A stretch of DNA of 64,000 bases from Chara braunii (lineage: Eukaryota > Plantae > Charophyceae): positions 2,828,316-2,892,315 of the forward strand of contig BFEA01000025.1 in assembly GCA_003427395.1 (NCBI GenBank), read 5' to 3'. The translations under genes and the position numbers were made by a program. Every line of letters starts with the position of its first letter. The first letter of the stretch is position 1. Shown piece after piece: positions 62,401 to 64,000 of the stretch. The notes under the pieces were generated by a model, which did no database searches, had not been told where the DNA came from, and worked only from the letters and a program-made list of their open reading frames with translations.

Positions 62401-63264
62401 AGTGATAACAGAACATGATCCTTGTAAGATCAAACTGAATTTAGTTCCGATCCTGAATCAATCGATCAAGAAAATCTGTAACACAAGACATGCCAATCCC
62501 CAAACTAAATCTATAAGTCCATGGACAATAATCCTCATATCACGATTTCACTTAACTAAGCCTAAGTCTACCTCTACGCAAGTGTCAAAAAAAAGGTAGA
62601 GCCTGACAGAATCTCCTCTATACTGAGTGAATTTTTCAGAATTGTCACCTGTCAAAATATAATCTAACTCCTTTAAACTAAGGAAATTTCGGTAGCGCTT
62701 CCCGTAGGAGAAGTGCCCTTTCAGAATTTATATCAGCCTAAATATGAAAACATAAATAATCTTCAACCTTCCAAAGTCAAATTTTGTCTAACTCCCTGAA
62801 TTAACAAAAATTTGGGCAACACTCCATTTATAAAATGAGACTTCCCAGATTTTTACTAAGCCGTATAAAACTTAGGCAAGTTGAACTTTGAAGAGTCAAA
62901 GTTGACTAACTCTTTGAATTTGCAGAAATTTCGGCAGCGCTTCTCGTAGAGAAAGCAACTTACCAAAATTTATACAAAGCCAAGTATAGCAAAAGATCCC
63001 AGAAAGTGCGAGAATTGATCTAAGTAAAAAAAACATAGCTAAAAAAATGCAGGAATTGAAACTAACTCCTATGACTCTAGCACGTGGCGAGCGACTAAAG
63101 CAACTACCTATCAAACTGAAACTCGGACTAAGTAGTAGCCTCACTCAGTCACATGCAGACAAAACCACAAAGGTAAATACTCTCACTATCCCAAATGAAC
63201 TTATCAAACAATAATTCATAGTCTCACATTGATTTATCCCTTTAAACCCTGCTTACATAAGACG

Positions 63265-64000
63265 TAAAGTCAGGTCACCCAAACTTATGGGACATGCCTA
63301 ATTTAGCCAAGGTATACATAAACACAGGGCACAACAACTTTTCTCCTCTTTGGGCATATGACTAGGCCATTATAGTCGCTCTGAATTCTTTAAATAGCCA
63401 AGTTATATATATATTTCTGAACTTAATCTTCAAGGTGGGCGTAGGACTGAGCCATTCATCTTAGAAACAATGCTCAGCCGACCCAAGTTACCCTCAGTTA
63501 TACTCTTAATTAATACTCTCTTCAGTTTGTGATAAGCTATAGTCAGGCCACCCAAACTTATGGGACCCTGCCTGACTAGCCTGTTCATAGGTAAAAGTAG
63601 TAATAAAATACAGTCAAATTATAACCTTTGGGTTCTAGCACGTGCGAGGCTTTGAGCCAGACCATCTGAACTTACAGAACAGTCTAGCTCTCTGCCTGAT
63701 TCGTTCCTCTCTGATTCACCTTGTGCGTGGCATTGGGCTAGACCACCTAAACTTATAGAATGATTTTCCCTTTGCCAGATTACTTTCTCAAAATAAAAGC
63801 AGGAAAAGGCCGAGTCACCTAAACTTATAGAATGACTCATGCCTCCTCGTTCAGAACCAAATAAACAAAAAAAACCCCACAATAAACAAGGCAACTAAAG
63901 CACTTGAACTTACAGAATGTATTTGATCCCTGAAAAGTCAATCACAGTTAACCCTCACAAGTCGTAGCAACCAGACCACCTAAACTTATAGAATGACCTG
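63265..64000 (-). repeat. TAAGTT-loop hairpin array 3 (minus strand)
   Basis: For example minus strand AGTCAGGC-AGGGT-CCCA-TAAGTT-TGGG-TG-GCCTGACT; about 7 units. Confidence 0.78.

Noticed and set aside
57540-64000. TAAGTT repeat arrays as CRISPR
   Set aside because: Repeats diverge with compensatory changes, spacing is irregular, there are no cas genes and the context is a eukaryotic retroelement

Overview
Repeat-dense eukaryotic draft-assembly DNA with many N gaps and no intact host gene that I can support. The Athila-type tRNA-Asp primer-binding site and a plant-type mitochondrial SSU rRNA fragment point to a plant or streptophyte alga (Chara-like; inference only). The centre (14726-42247) is a minus-strand Ty3/Gypsy retrotransposon arranged as LTR-internal-LTR-internal-truncated LTR. 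Its LTRs are unusually long (~6.1 kb), and it is inserted into the second copy of a 2.9-kb tandem repeat. Much of the identity between the two internal copies is probably collapsed-contig reuse. The flanks hold several MITE families, microsatellites, related LTR remnants, a NUMT and a Nextera adapter artefact. Four observations stand out. (1) Type III hammerhead ribozymes occur inside the Gypsy LTR (33269-33319) and in a (TA)n-bounded repeat family (4694-4745). (2) Arrays of stem-loops have an invariant TAAGTT loop and covarying stems (57.5-64 kb). (3) An apparent family of unknown accessory proteins is carried in LTRs and post-integrase regions of several diverged Gypsy lineages. (4) Insertion junctions repeatedly show a CGG target with an asymmetric GCGG/ACGG pattern. 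All alignments and folds were done by eye.
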